Source of the DNA: Cenarchaeum symbiosum A
Lineage (GTDB): Archaea > Thermoproteota > Nitrososphaeria > Nitrososphaerales > Nitrosopumilaceae
Length of the DNA stretch: 24,000 nt
Reading direction: 5' to 3'
Assembly: GCA_000200715.1 (NCBI GenBank)
Contig: DP000238.1
Location: 470,154-494,153, forward strand
The notes under the pieces: generated by a model
What the model was told of the DNA's origin: nothing
The model's input: the letters and a program-made list of their open reading frames with translations, nothing else
The model's database searches: none
Program-made: the position numbers and the translations under genes
Shown here: one piece after another, positions 1 to 8,484 of the stretch
Numbering within the stretch: position 1 is the stretch's first letter
How the letters are laid out: each line of letters starts with the position of its first letter

Positions 1-32
1 AAGTATTTGCTTTATATACATAATGCATAATG

Positions 33-40
33 CTTATAAT
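33..40 (+). promoter_or_regulatory. TATA-like box (CTTATAAT) for hairpin RNA copy A
   Basis: The block AATGCTTATAATCCAT (29-44) is conserved with 310-325 upstream of copy B. The box centre lies about 26 nt upstream of base 62, the first paired base of the hairpin. The same spacing is seen at other promoters in this window. Confidence 0.45.
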
Positions 41-61
41 CCATCTAGGTGTGGGTATGCT

Positions 62-123
62 GCCTGCACCGAATCCCTTGGACCAGCTGAGCTGGGGAGT
101 CAAGGGTTGATGTGAATGCAGGC
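62..123 (+). ncRNA. Candidate structured small RNA, copy A (62-nt three-tier hairpin, class unknown)
   Basis: The lower stem is 62-68/117-123 (GCCTGCA/TGCAGGC), the middle stem 75-80/101-106 (CCCTTG/CAAGGG), and the apical stem 83-87/91-95 (CCAGC-TGA-GCTGG). An asymmetric internal loop (CCGAAT versus TTGATGTGAA) is rich in GA steps. A paralog 281 nt downstream has substitutions that preserve the pairing. Confidence 0.4.
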
Positions 124-313
124 ACTATGCTAAATCAAGATAGAAGGTGCACGAGCAGGTTGTTTGCCATACACGATGATCCATTCCGCGCTTGTTCTTT
201 ACTGTTTCTAGGTGCGGTCCGGCAGATGGCTGAATCTAGGCAATGTAATTGAATAATTATCTGTCATCAAAACATGCGAGTTAGCTATGCAGCCTATTGC
301 ACATCGGGGAATG

Positions 314-321
314 CTTATTAA
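314..321 (+). promoter_or_regulatory. TATA-like box (CTTATTAA) for hairpin RNA copy B
   Basis: The block AATGCTTATTAACCAT (310-325) is conserved with copy A. It has the identical 33-nt offset from the start of the block to the first base of the hairpin (343), while the 17-nt spacer in between has diverged. Confidence 0.45.
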
Positions 322-342
322 CCATTCAAACCCACGCATTTT

Positions 343-404
343 GTCTGCACCGAATCCTCTGGACCAGCTGAGCTGGGGAATCAGGGGTTGATGTGAATGC
401 GGGC
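343..404 (+). ncRNA. Candidate structured small RNA, copy B (paralog of 62-123)
   Basis: This copy has the same 62-nt length and architecture as copy A. Of the 6 differences, 5 fall in stems and keep pairing: C-G to U.G, U-A to U.G, C-G to U.G, and one full U-A to C-G covariation. The sixth is in a loop. The U.G pairs exist only if the + strand is transcribed. Confidence 0.4.
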
Positions 405-506
405 AGCATCTTATGTACCACTGCTGTGCCGCCTCGGTACCCCTGCTATACCGGGGGCGCCGCCTGCGCCAAATGCTAAATGAGGGTGCCGCCCCGCGGT
501 GTACAG

Positions 507-890
507 ATGCAGACGCTTGGCGCGTACGTCCGCGACATACTGGTCCAGATAAAAGAATCCCACGGCGCAATCTCCTCCCTTGAGGACAAGCCGGGCGACC
601 TAGACGTGCTAAAGAGGGAATGGGGGAGGATAGACGGCCTTGTGGGCACGCTTCCCCGGCGCATGGACGGGCGGGGCGCACTGCCAGACATCTACAAGAG
701 GATCCGCAAAAAGTGCGCCTACTATTCAGAGAACTATTACTTTTACCGGGAGATGGAGATAATGTCGGACCTGTACGGGGCAGACCCTGGAAGACTCCGC
801 CACATGCGCCTCAAGATATTAGAGTCGCTTGCCGACAACAGGTTCATGGAGACGGTCTCCGAGGGAATAGACGAGCTGGAGGGGGCGTAG
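507..890 (+). CDS. Hypothetical protein (127 aa from ATG 507; the track ORF starts at 480)
   Basis: The frame is open, and codon usage resembles the neighbouring genes (ATA for Ile, GC-rich third positions). A TATA-like CTAAATGA at 476-483 is centred about 27 nt upstream of ATG 507, and the ATG at 480 lies inside that box. I recognise no family. Confidence 0.5.
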   Translation: MQTLGAYVRDILVQIKESHGAISSLEDKPGDLDVLKREWGRIDGLVGTLPRRMDGRGALPDIYKRIRKKCAYYSENYYFYREMEIMSDLYGADPGRLRHMRLKILESLADNRFMETVSEGIDELEGA

Positions 891-896
891 ACGGCC

Positions 897-902
897 AAAA
901 AA
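897..902 (-). terminator. Oligo-T tract (T6 on the minus strand) downstream of uvrC
   Basis: A6 on the + strand at 897-902 reads as T6 on the minus strand, about 80 nt past the uvrC stop (983). Archaeal termination typically uses oligo-T tracts. Confidence 0.3.
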
Positions 903-982
903 TGCATAATCTGCGGGTGCAGGGACCACCGCCTGGTCGGGTGCGCGCGGCACCGCGCAGGCAGGTGCAGCTGCCGACAAGA

Positions 983-2578
983 CTAGCCGGACTTTATCGC
1001 CATACTGCGCAACTTCCTGTTGTATTCTACGCCAAAGCGGTGCGCCTCGTCCCTTGCATGGCGGAGCACTCCTAGAGCGGGACTCGTCCGCGGCAGCACC
1101 AGCGGCTCGGGGCTGCCCGGCCGGAAGACCTCTTCGTTTTTCTTTGCAAGCGAGACGCACGGTATGCGGGCGGCCATCCCCTTTAGAGCCCCGAGTGCCG
1201 CGCCTAGCTGGCCCTTGCCGCCGTCTATCAATACAAGGTCGGGCGCCGTTCCGCCGCCGCCCAGCAGCCGCATGTACCTGCGCCTTACCACCTCGGCAAT
1301 CATGGCATAGTCGTCCCTGCCGCTGACGGTCCTTATCTTGAACTTTCTGTACCCCGAACGGTCGGGCGCCCCGTCGGAGAGCCTCGACATTGCGCCCACC
1401 GCAAAGTCGGCCCCGTGGTTTGATATATCAAAGCACTCTATGGTCCTTGGCGGGCCGCCAAGGCCGAGCGCCTCGCCGAGCTCCTCTAGAGCAGGCTCCG
1501 TACCGCTGGTCTGCATCAAATCGATGTTCCGCAGTATCAGCTCTATCATCTTTTTGCGCCTGCCGCGAGACGGGGATACTATCGAGACGCTCCGGCCGGC
1601 GGCATCTGTTAGCGCCTTTTCAAGCGCGCCCTTTTGTGGCGGCTCCTCGCTGGTCACCACGTACCTTGGCGTCTTGTGTGTGGTGTAATACTGGTACAAA
1701 AAGCTGCCCAGTGTGTTGTCCGCAACAAGGTCAAAGGAGAACCTGTCCCTGTCCCGGATCACCCCGTTTACCTGTCTCAGCGACATGACCAGCGCCGACT
1801 GGTCCCACACCCTCATTCCAAAATAGTCCTCGTCAGGCGATACCCGTGCATACTCCATCTTCTGGTCGGTCCTGAGGCTTCCCAGGCGCCGCAGCGTGTC
1901 GCGTATTTCCATGGCCCGCTCATAGTCCTGGCTCTCAGACGCGCGGCCCATCTCGTCTTTCATCTTGGTCGCAAACTTTTCAGTCTCGGCCCCTCCCTTT
2001 AGCACGGACTCTAGATCCTTGATGTGCCCCGCATAGTCTTTTTTTGCCGAAGCTATCTCGCAGGGCGCCTCGCAGTTGCCGAGATGGTACTCGAGGCACG
2101 CAGTCTTTGGCAGCGTCTTGCATATCCTCACCTTGAACGACTTGCGGAGCGTGCCTATCGTCAGAAGCTTTGAGCTGCCGTGCGTAAACGGGCCGTAGAT
2201 CCTGCCCTTTCCGATGAACTTGCCGCTCCTCATCCGGCGCGCAACAAGCAGGCGCGGCAGCTCCTCGTCTGTGACCCTCAGATAGGTGTACCTCTGCTGG
2301 TCCTTGAGCTCTATGTTGTACATGGGCCTGTACCGCTTTATCAGGTTGGACTCCAGCACAAACGCCTCGCCCTCGCTGTCTGTCAGCACAAACTCTATGT
2401 CGGCTATCTTTTCGACTAGCTTTTTTGTCTTGTAGTTCTGGGCTCCCGTAAAGTACGAGCTGACGCGGTTCCTCAGGCTTTTTGCCTTGCCGATGTATAT
2501 TATGTTCGCCTTTGAATCCTTCATAAGGTACACGCCGGGCTGCGCGGGCACGGCGGCCCTCTTGTGGTCGTATTTCAT
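983..2578 (-). CDS. uvrC: Excinuclease ABC subunit C (UvrC)
   Basis: The 531-aa product has an N-terminal GIY-YIG signature (GVYLMKD...IIYIGKAKSLRNRVSSYF), a UvrBC-type central region and a C-terminal endonuclease/HhH region. Its ATG overlaps the uvrA stop as ATGA (2575-2578). Confidence 0.93.
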   Translation of the reverse strand: MKYDHKRAAVPAQPGVYLMKDSKANIIYIGKAKSLRNRVSSYFTGAQNYKTKKLVEKIADIEFVLTDSEGEAFVLESNLIKRYRPMYNIELKDQQRYTYLRVTDEELPRLLVARRMRSGKFIGKGRIYGPFTHGSSKLLTIGTLRKSFKVRICKTLPKTACLEYHLGNCEAPCEIASAKKDYAGHIKDLESVLKGGAETEKFATKMKDEMGRASESQDYERAMEIRDTLRRLGSLRTDQKMEYARVSPDEDYFGMRVWDQSALVMSLRQVNGVIRDRDRFSFDLVADNTLGSFLYQYYTTHKTPRYVVTSEEPPQKGALEKALTDAAGRSVSIVSPSRGRRKKMIELILRNIDLMQTSGTEPALEELGEALGLGGPPRTIECFDISNHGADFAVGAMSRLSDGAPDRSGYRKFKIRTVSGRDDYAMIAEVVRRRYMRLLGGGGTAPDLVLIDGGKGQLGAALGALKGMAARIPCVSLAKKNEEVFRPGSPEPLVLPRTSPALGVLRHARDEAHRFGVEYNRKLRSMAIKSG

Positions 2579-5394
2579 GCCATGAACTTTTTGAGGTACC
2601 TCCCCGTGTGTGTGGCCGTGGCGGCCACCTGGACTGGCGTGCCCTGGGCCACTATCCTGCCGCCGCCGTCCCCGCCTTCGGGCCCGAGGTCTATGACCCA
2701 GTCCGAGTTGCGTATTACATCCATGTTGTGCTCTATGACCACTATTGTATTCCCAAGGTCCGCCAGGCGGTTGAGCACATCGAGCAGCTTTTGCACGTCC
2801 GCAAAGTGCAGGCCCGTCGTCGGCTCATCCAGTACGTATACGGTGCTGCCGGTGCTCCTCTTGGATAGCTCTAGCGCCAGCTTTACGCGCTGCGCCTCGC
2901 CGCCGGACAGCGTAGTAGACGGCTGCCCGAGCTTTATGTAGCCGAGCCCCACGTCGCGGACCAGCTCAAGCTTTCTTCTAATCGCAGGGACGTTCCCGAA
3001 AAAGTCGAGCGCCTCGTCGACGGTCATCTCCAGGACGTCCGCTATGCTCCTGCCCTTGTACAGCACGCCGAGCGTCTCGCTGTTGTACCTTCTCCCCTTG
3101 CACTCGTCGCACCTCACGTACACGTCCGAGAGAAACTGCATCTCTATCCTTTTTACGCCGTCGCCCTCGCACGCAAAGCACCTTCCCCCCTCCACATTGA
3201 ACGAAAACTGCCCCGGCTTGTACCCGCGCTGCCGCGATAGCTCCGTCCCCGTATACAGGACGCGCATCGGGGTAAACGCCCCCACATAGGTGGCGGGGTT
3301 CGAGCGGGGCGTCCTCCCTATGGGCGACTGGTCTATGGCTATCACCTTGTCGACCGAGCTTGTCCCAGAGACCGACTTGTGCCGGCCCGGGCGCCTCCTC
3401 GAACCGTGCAGCCTCCTTTGTAGGGCCTTGAGCAGTATCTCGTTTACCAGCGTGGACTTGCCCGATCCCGACACGCCGGTCACGGATATGAACAATCCTA
3501 GCGGGAACTTGACATCTATCCCCCGCAGGTTGTTCTCTGACGCGCCCTTGACTGTGACGGCGCCCTTCTCTACTCTTCCCTTCTCCCCCACCGTAATGAG
3601 CGATTTATCCTTGAGGTACCTCCCCGTGACAGAATCATGCCCGTCTAGTATCTCTTTTACAGTCCCCTCGAATACTATGCTGCCCCCGTGCACGCCGGCC
3701 CCGGGGCCAAGGTCAATTATCCAGTCCGAGCTCCTGATCACCTCTTCATCATGTTCCACCACTATGACCGTGTTGCCGAGCTTCTTGAGGCCCTCGAGCG
3801 TCTTTATCAGCCGGGCGTTGTCCCTCTGGTGCAGGCCTATTGTCGGCTCGTCTAGCACGTACAGGACACCTGTCAGGTTGGAGCCTATCTGGGTGGCCAG
3901 CCTTATCCTCTGCGATTCCCCCCCGGAGAGCGTCGAGCTGGTCCTGTTCAAAGTGAGATAGTTGAGCCCCACGTTGCGCAAAAAGCCGAGCCTTGATCTT
4001 ATCTCCCGCATGAGATCCCTCACTATGTGCTGTTCGGTCTTGGATAGTTTGAGCCCCTCAAAGAATGTGTGGCAGCCGTCTATAGACAGATCGCATATCT
4101 CCATTATGCTCTTTGCGCCGACCTTTACTGCTAGCGCCTCCGGGCGGAGCTTTCTGCCCTTGCAGGAACTGCAGGGGGTCTCCCGCATGAACTGCCGCAG
4201 CCACTCCCTCTTGGATTCGGATTCTGTATACATAAAGCCCCTGTGCAGCCACTGTATCACCCCTTCGTAGGGCACTCCACCCCTGCTCCACCTTCCCTCG
4301 TGCGCGGCGGGGTCTGTCATGTCCACGCTAGATAGGTCGTCGGTCCCGTAGAGAAGGGTGTCGAGCGCCGCCTTTCCAATCTTGCCCACCGGAGTATCGA
4401 GGCCAAAGCCGTACTCTTTTCCAATCTTTCTTATCATGCCGCTAAGATGCTGCGAATCCTGCACGTTCCAGGGCGCTATCGCCCCGTCGAGTATGGATAG
4501 CGACCTGTCGGGTATGACCAGCTCGGGATCAAATACCACCCTCGTGCCAAGCCCGCTGCACGTATTGCACATGCCAAACGGCGAGTTGAACGAAAATGTC
4601 CTCGGTTCCAGCTCGCCTATGCTTATCCCGCAGTGGGGGCATGCATTGTCCTGCGAGAATATCCTCTCGCCACCGTCGTGTGCTACTAGCACGCGCCCGC
4701 CCGACGCGCGTATCGCAGTCTGTATCCCCTCAAACAGCCTAGAGCGCTCGGAAGCCTCTGCGCGCAGCCTGTCGACAGCTATCTCTATGTTGTGCCATTT
4801 CTGCCTGTCCAAGGAGGGAAGCTCGCCGTCTGCCTGGTATACCTCGCCGTCTATCCTGATCCGGGAGTAGCCGTCCATCCTCACCTTGTCCATGAGCTTT
4901 TCATACGTGCCCTTTTTGCGGCTGATAAGCGGTGCCAGTATTGTAAGCTGCCTGCCGGCAAACTCCTGCAGGACCGTATCGGTTATGGTATCCACCGACT
5001 GGCTCGATATCGTCCTGCCGCATTTTGTACAGTGGGGCACGCCCACCCTGGCAAAGAGCAGCCTCATGTAGTCGTATATCTCGGTGGTGGTCCCGACAGT
5101 CGAGCGGGGGTTCTTGCTGGTGGTCTTTTGCTGTATCGATATGGCCGGGCTGAGGCCCTCTATCGAGTCCACCTCGGGCTTGTCCATCATGCCGAGAAAC
5201 TGCCTTGCATATGACGAGAGCGATTCTACATACCTGCGCTGCCCTTCCGCATATATCGTGTCAAACGCCAGCGTGCTCTTGCCCGACCCTGAGAGGCCGC
5301 TAATCACCACTATGCTGTTCTTGGGTATGTCGACATCTATGTTCCGAAGGTTGTGGTGGCGCGCCCCCCGCACGCGGAGCATCTCACCTGCCAT
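2575..5394 (-). CDS. uvrA: Excinuclease ABC subunit A (UvrA)
   Basis: The 939-aa product has two ABC ATPase modules (GLSGSGKSTLAFDT and GVSGSGKSTLV Walker A motifs; LSGGE signatures) and Cys-rich zinc modules (CPHCG, CNTCSG, CEGDG...CDEC), which is the typical UvrA layout. Confidence 0.96.
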   Translation of the reverse strand: MAGEMLRVRGARHHNLRNIDVDIPKNSIVVISGLSGSGKSTLAFDTIYAEGQRRYVESLSSYARQFLGMMDKPEVDSIEGLSPAISIQQKTTSKNPRSTVGTTTEIYDYMRLLFARVGVPHCTKCGRTISSQSVDTITDTVLQEFAGRQLTILAPLISRKKGTYEKLMDKVRMDGYSRIRIDGEVYQADGELPSLDRQKWHNIEIAVDRLRAEASERSRLFEGIQTAIRASGGRVLVAHDGGERIFSQDNACPHCGISIGELEPRTFSFNSPFGMCNTCSGLGTRVVFDPELVIPDRSLSILDGAIAPWNVQDSQHLSGMIRKIGKEYGFGLDTPVGKIGKAALDTLLYGTDDLSSVDMTDPAAHEGRWSRGGVPYEGVIQWLHRGFMYTESESKREWLRQFMRETPCSSCKGRKLRPEALAVKVGAKSIMEICDLSIDGCHTFFEGLKLSKTEQHIVRDLMREIRSRLGFLRNVGLNYLTLNRTSSTLSGGESQRIRLATQIGSNLTGVLYVLDEPTIGLHQRDNARLIKTLEGLKKLGNTVIVVEHDEEVIRSSDWIIDLGPGAGVHGGSIVFEGTVKEILDGHDSVTGRYLKDKSLITVGEKGRVEKGAVTVKGASENNLRGIDVKFPLGLFISVTGVSGSGKSTLVNEILLKALQRRLHGSRRRPGRHKSVSGTSSVDKVIAIDQSPIGRTPRSNPATYVGAFTPMRVLYTGTELSRQRGYKPGQFSFNVEGGRCFACEGDGVKRIEMQFLSDVYVRCDECKGRRYNSETLGVLYKGRSIADVLEMTVDEALDFFGNVPAIRRKLELVRDVGLGYIKLGQPSTTLSGGEAQRVKLALELSKRSTGSTVYVLDEPTTGLHFADVQKLLDVLNRLADLGNTIVVIEHNMDVIRNSDWVIDLGPEGGDGGGRIVAQGTPVQVAATATHTGRYLKKFMA

Positions 5395-7333
5395 GCCCTC
5401 TCTCCATGCCCTCGCGGAGCCTCCTTATCTGGTCCCTGCACTCTATGGCCTTTTCAAAGGAGAGCTCTTCGGCGTGCCTCTTCATGGATGCCTCGAGCTC
5501 TATTATCTCCCGGGATATGTCATGCGGGGACTTGTGCTTTACATCGTCGAGCTTTACTGTCTGCTCGGGTATCGCCTTTGTTATCGATCTTGGGGTTATG
5601 CCGTGCTGCACATTGTATTCCGACTGCCTCTCCCTGCGCCGTGCAGTCTCGTCGAGCGCGTTTTTCATGGACGCGGTAGTCCTATCTGCATACATTATCA
5701 CGCGGCCAGCCGAGTTGCGCGCCGCCCTGCCAAACGTCTGTATCAGGCTTGTCATGTTCCGCAAAAACCCCTCCTTGTCAGCATCCAGTATGGCGACCAG
5801 CGAGACCTCGGGTATGTCGAGGCCTTCCCTGAGCAGGTTTATCCCCACAAGCACGTCAAACTCGCCGAGCCGGAGCTGCCTTATCAGCTCGGTCCTCTGC
5901 AGGCCCTCTATCTCGGAATGCATGTACCTGACGCGGACCTTTCTTTTGGAGAGAAACTCTGCGAGATCTTCCGCCATCCTCTTTGTAAGGGTGGTGACGA
6001 GAGCGCGCTCGTCCCTTTTTGCGCACGCCCCTATCTCGGAGACCAGGTCGTCCATCTGCCCCTTTGTGGGGCGTATCTCGGCCACCGGGTCAAGCAGGCC
6101 CGTGGGCCGTACCAGCTGCTCGACTATCTCTGCGGACTTTGTCCTCTCGTATTCGGAAGGCGTAGCCGAGACGAATATTACATTCTTTAGATACCCTTCA
6201 AACTCCTCGAACTTTAGGGGCCGGTTGTCATATGCGCTAGGCAGCCGGAAGCCGTACGTGATAAGCTCGCCCTTTCTGGAATGGTCCCCCTTGTACATGC
6301 CGTGCAGCTGCGGCAGCGTCACGTGCGATTCGTCTATGACCAGCAGAAAGTCGGGGCCGAAAAAGTCCAGCAGGCAAAATGCGGGCTCCCCGGGCTTGCG
6401 GCCGTCGAAATGGCGCGAATAGTTCTCTATGCCGGAGCAGTAGCCGAGCTCCTCTATCATCTCCAAATCGTAGGAGGTCCGCATCTCGAGGCGCTGCCGC
6501 TCTAGCTCGCGCAGCTCCGGCAGGCGCGACTTGAGCTCCGACTTTATAGACCCGAGCGCCCTCTTTCGCGCGTCCCCCGCTATCAGGTAGTGCTTTGCGG
6601 GAAAGACTCTTATCGTGCCAACCCTCTGCTTTTCATCCATGGTCATCCTGTCAAGAACGCTTATCCTCTCGACCTCGTCGCCAAACATCGATATGCGGAC
6701 GACATCCTGCGAATAGGCGGGTATCACATCTATGGTGTCGCCCCTAACCCGGAAGTTGCCGGGGGCAAGCTCCACATCGTTGCGCTCGTACCTTGCGTCT
6801 ACAAGCCTCCTTATCACGTCGGCCCTGCCCGCACCCCTGCCCTCTTCCAGGGTGATGGCCATCTCGTCCCAGTCGTCGGGGTTGCCCAGCGAGTATATGC
6901 AAGATACCGTCGAGACCACTATCGTGGGCTCGCCGGAGAGGAGCATCGCTGTGGTCTCGAGCCTCATCTTTTCTATCTGCTCGTTGACGACCGTGTCCTT
7001 TTCTATGTAGGTGTCAGTCTGCACCATATAGCTCTCCGGCTGGTAATAGTCATAGTATGAGACAAAATATCCCACGTTGTTCCCCGGAAAGAACTGCTTG
7101 AGCTCCGCGTAGAGCTGAGCGGCAAGCGTCTTGTTGTGGGATATTACCAGCGTGTTTTTGCCGGTCCTTGCGATCACGTTTGCGACCGTGAATGTCTTGC
7201 CCGAGCCCGTCACACCAAGGAGCGTCTGCAGGGATTTTTTCCGCACGCCGCTTGCCAGCGCGTCTATGGCCTCCGGCTGGTCGCCAGTCGGGGCAAACTC
7301 TGAGACAAGATCAAACTTGCGCACCTGCTGCAT
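5384..7333 (-). CDS. uvrB: Excinuclease ABC subunit B (UvrB)
   Basis: The 649-aa product has helicase motif I (GVTGSGKTFT), DESH (VIDESHVT), the UvrB beta-hairpin region and a C-terminal UVR domain (ELSFEKAIECRDQIRRL). It overlaps uvrA by 11 nt. Confidence 0.96.
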   Translation of the reverse strand: MQQVRKFDLVSEFAPTGDQPEAIDALASGVRKKSLQTLLGVTGSGKTFTVANVIARTGKNTLVISHNKTLAAQLYAELKQFFPGNNVGYFVSYYDYYQPESYMVQTDTYIEKDTVVNEQIEKMRLETTAMLLSGEPTIVVSTVSCIYSLGNPDDWDEMAITLEEGRGAGRADVIRRLVDARYERNDVELAPGNFRVRGDTIDVIPAYSQDVVRISMFGDEVERISVLDRMTMDEKQRVGTIRVFPAKHYLIAGDARKRALGSIKSELKSRLPELRELERQRLEMRTSYDLEMIEELGYCSGIENYSRHFDGRKPGEPAFCLLDFFGPDFLLVIDESHVTLPQLHGMYKGDHSRKGELITYGFRLPSAYDNRPLKFEEFEGYLKNVIFVSATPSEYERTKSAEIVEQLVRPTGLLDPVAEIRPTKGQMDDLVSEIGACAKRDERALVTTLTKRMAEDLAEFLSKRKVRVRYMHSEIEGLQRTELIRQLRLGEFDVLVGINLLREGLDIPEVSLVAILDADKEGFLRNMTSLIQTFGRAARNSAGRVIMYADRTTASMKNALDETARRRERQSEYNVQHGITPRSITKAIPEQTVKLDDVKHKSPHDISREIIELEASMKRHAEELSFEKAIECRDQIRRLREGMERGHGR

Positions 7334-7357
7334 TGCGCACGCCTGCCTTCGTGCGGG

Positions 7358-7365
7358 ATTTAAAG
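7358..7365 (-). promoter_or_regulatory. TATA box (CTTTAAAT on the minus strand) for uvrB
   Basis: The box is centred about 28 nt upstream of the uvrB ATG (7333), consistent with a leaderless transcript. Confidence 0.45.
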
Positions 7366-7405
7366 CATGGCGGGGGCCCGGGGCGCGATCAGCTGCCGGC
7401 CCCCG

Positions 7406-8452
7406 TCAGCCGGCGGCGCTGATTCTCTTGTTTGCGGCCCTGCAGTACCCTGCGTTGAGCTCTATCCCCATGAATGACCTGCCAAGGGATCTTGCCGCGA
7501 CCCCGGTGGTCCCGCTCCCCATGTAGGGATCAAGCACGACAGCACCTTTTGGCGTCAGCAGCCGTATAAACTCGGCAATTATCCCCACCGGGTATATCGC
7601 GGGGTGCGCATTCCACCTTATGCTCTCCACCTGGTGGTGTATCACGTCCCTCTTTATCGGGTTGCCCCTCATGCGTATTATCGTAAAGCCGTTGTCCCTG
7701 AGCTGTATCTGCCTGCCGCCTGCCTGGCCGCCAAACGCAGGCGAGTGTATTCCCCGTATCTTCATCCTAAACCCCGCTATCGCCCCGCTCTTTGTCTCTT
7801 CTATGGCCTCTTGCAGGGCCTTTTGCGCGCGCCTCTTTTGTACAGGCTCAAGCTCCGAGGACTCTATTAGCTTTTTGTAGCCCTCTCCCACCCTTGTATT
7901 CTCTGGGGGTTTTTTCACACCTGTCTCGGGCCTCTGAAAGTCGTCTATGTTGTAACAGTACGAATCCGACTTGGCAAAGTGAAAAAACGGCTCTGTGCCG
8001 CTGACCAGCCGCCGCTTGAACTGCCGCGGCGTCGGGTTTGTCTTGACCCATGTGGTGTTGTTTACCAGCCTGACTGCGCCGCTGCCCGTAGCCCTGATTG
8101 CAAACCGGTACGGGACTAGCATGAGGCTGCCTTGAGAGTACTTGTCGCCCATGTTGAATACTATGCTGCCGGTCTCTTTGGTCACCCGGACGCACTGCTC
8201 AAAGACCTGCATTATAGAATCAATGTACGCCTCTACGTGCCCTTCATTGCCCGTCCTGCCGCCCCCATAGTCCCTCTGCTGATAGTATGGAGGGGATGTT
8301 ATCACAAGGTCGACAGATCCGCTTGGCACGTCTTTTAGCATTTTCGCGCTGTCGCCGCACCGCACTGTATTGAGAAACGGGGCCAGAGAGCCCCGGACGG
8401 ACTGCCTGTTGGCCGCTGGCACCATGCCCGTTGGGCGAGCTTTGTTATTCAA
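7406..8452 (-). CDS. DNA methyltransferase, N4/N6 (beta-class) family with an SPPY motif IV; likely N4-cytosine specific
   Basis: Motif IV (DLVITSPPYYQQRDY) precedes the AdoMet motif I (VLDPYMGSGTTGVAA), which is the beta-class order. SPPY is the form usual in m4C enzymes. The track ORF starts at TTG 8452; an in-frame ATG at 8425 (MVPAAN...) is an alternative start. Confidence 0.85.
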   Translation of the reverse strand: MNNKARPTGMVPAANRQSVRGSLAPFLNTVRCGDSAKMLKDVPSGSVDLVITSPPYYQQRDYGGGRTGNEGHVEAYIDSIMQVFEQCVRVTKETGSIVFNMGDKYSQGSLMLVPYRFAIRATGSGAVRLVNNTTWVKTNPTPRQFKRRLVSGTEPFFHFAKSDSYCYNIDDFQRPETGVKKPPENTRVGEGYKKLIESSELEPVQKRRAQKALQEAIEETKSGAIAGFRMKIRGIHSPAFGGQAGGRQIQLRDNGFTIIRMRGNPIKRDVIHHQVESIRWNAHPAIYPVGIIAEFIRLLTPKGAVVLDPYMGSGTTGVAARSLGRSFMGIELNAGYCRAANKRISAAG

Positions 8453-8484
8453 CCTTGTGCGGGGGCCCCCGGTGCCCCGGCGCG

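Noticed and set aside
174-232. A possible box C/D sRNA (GATGAT at 174-179 ... CTGA at 229-232, about 58 nt apart)
   Set aside because: The C box is imperfect (no UGAUGA). No internal D'/C' boxes or terminal stem are visible, and no conserved copy exists, so the spacing alone is not enough.
62-404. Interpreting the duplicated hairpins as tRNA genes or tRNA halves (the 7-bp closing stem resembles an acceptor stem)
   Set aside because: Each is only 62 nt, with no D-arm, no anticodon arm of the right geometry and no GTTC(G/A)AATC-like T-loop on either strand. The three stacked stems do not form a cloverleaf.
208-1160. Overlapping ORFs 208-681 (-), 476-691 (-), 620-1075 (+) and 819-1160 (-)
   Set aside because: They are mutually overlapping Arg/Pro/Gly-rich frames without motifs or promoter context. 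They cross the structured-RNA repeat, the better-supported 507-890 ORF or uvrC.
5084-6422. Long + strand ORFs (5084-6190, 368 aa; 5406-6422, 338 aa) opposite uvrB and uvrA
   Set aside because: They are antisense shadows of genes with unambiguous UvrA/UvrB motifs. Their translations are low-complexity (Ser/Leu/Arg/Pro-rich) with no recognisable domains, which is typical of stop-poor frames in GC-rich DNA.
7406-8452. A complete restriction-modification or other defence system around either DNA methyltransferase (also 18673-19494)
   Set aside because: All flanking ORFs have confident housekeeping assignments (uvrB, PNPOx-like, rnhB, trm1). No nuclease, specificity, helicase-nuclease or ATPase defence partner is encoded within the window.
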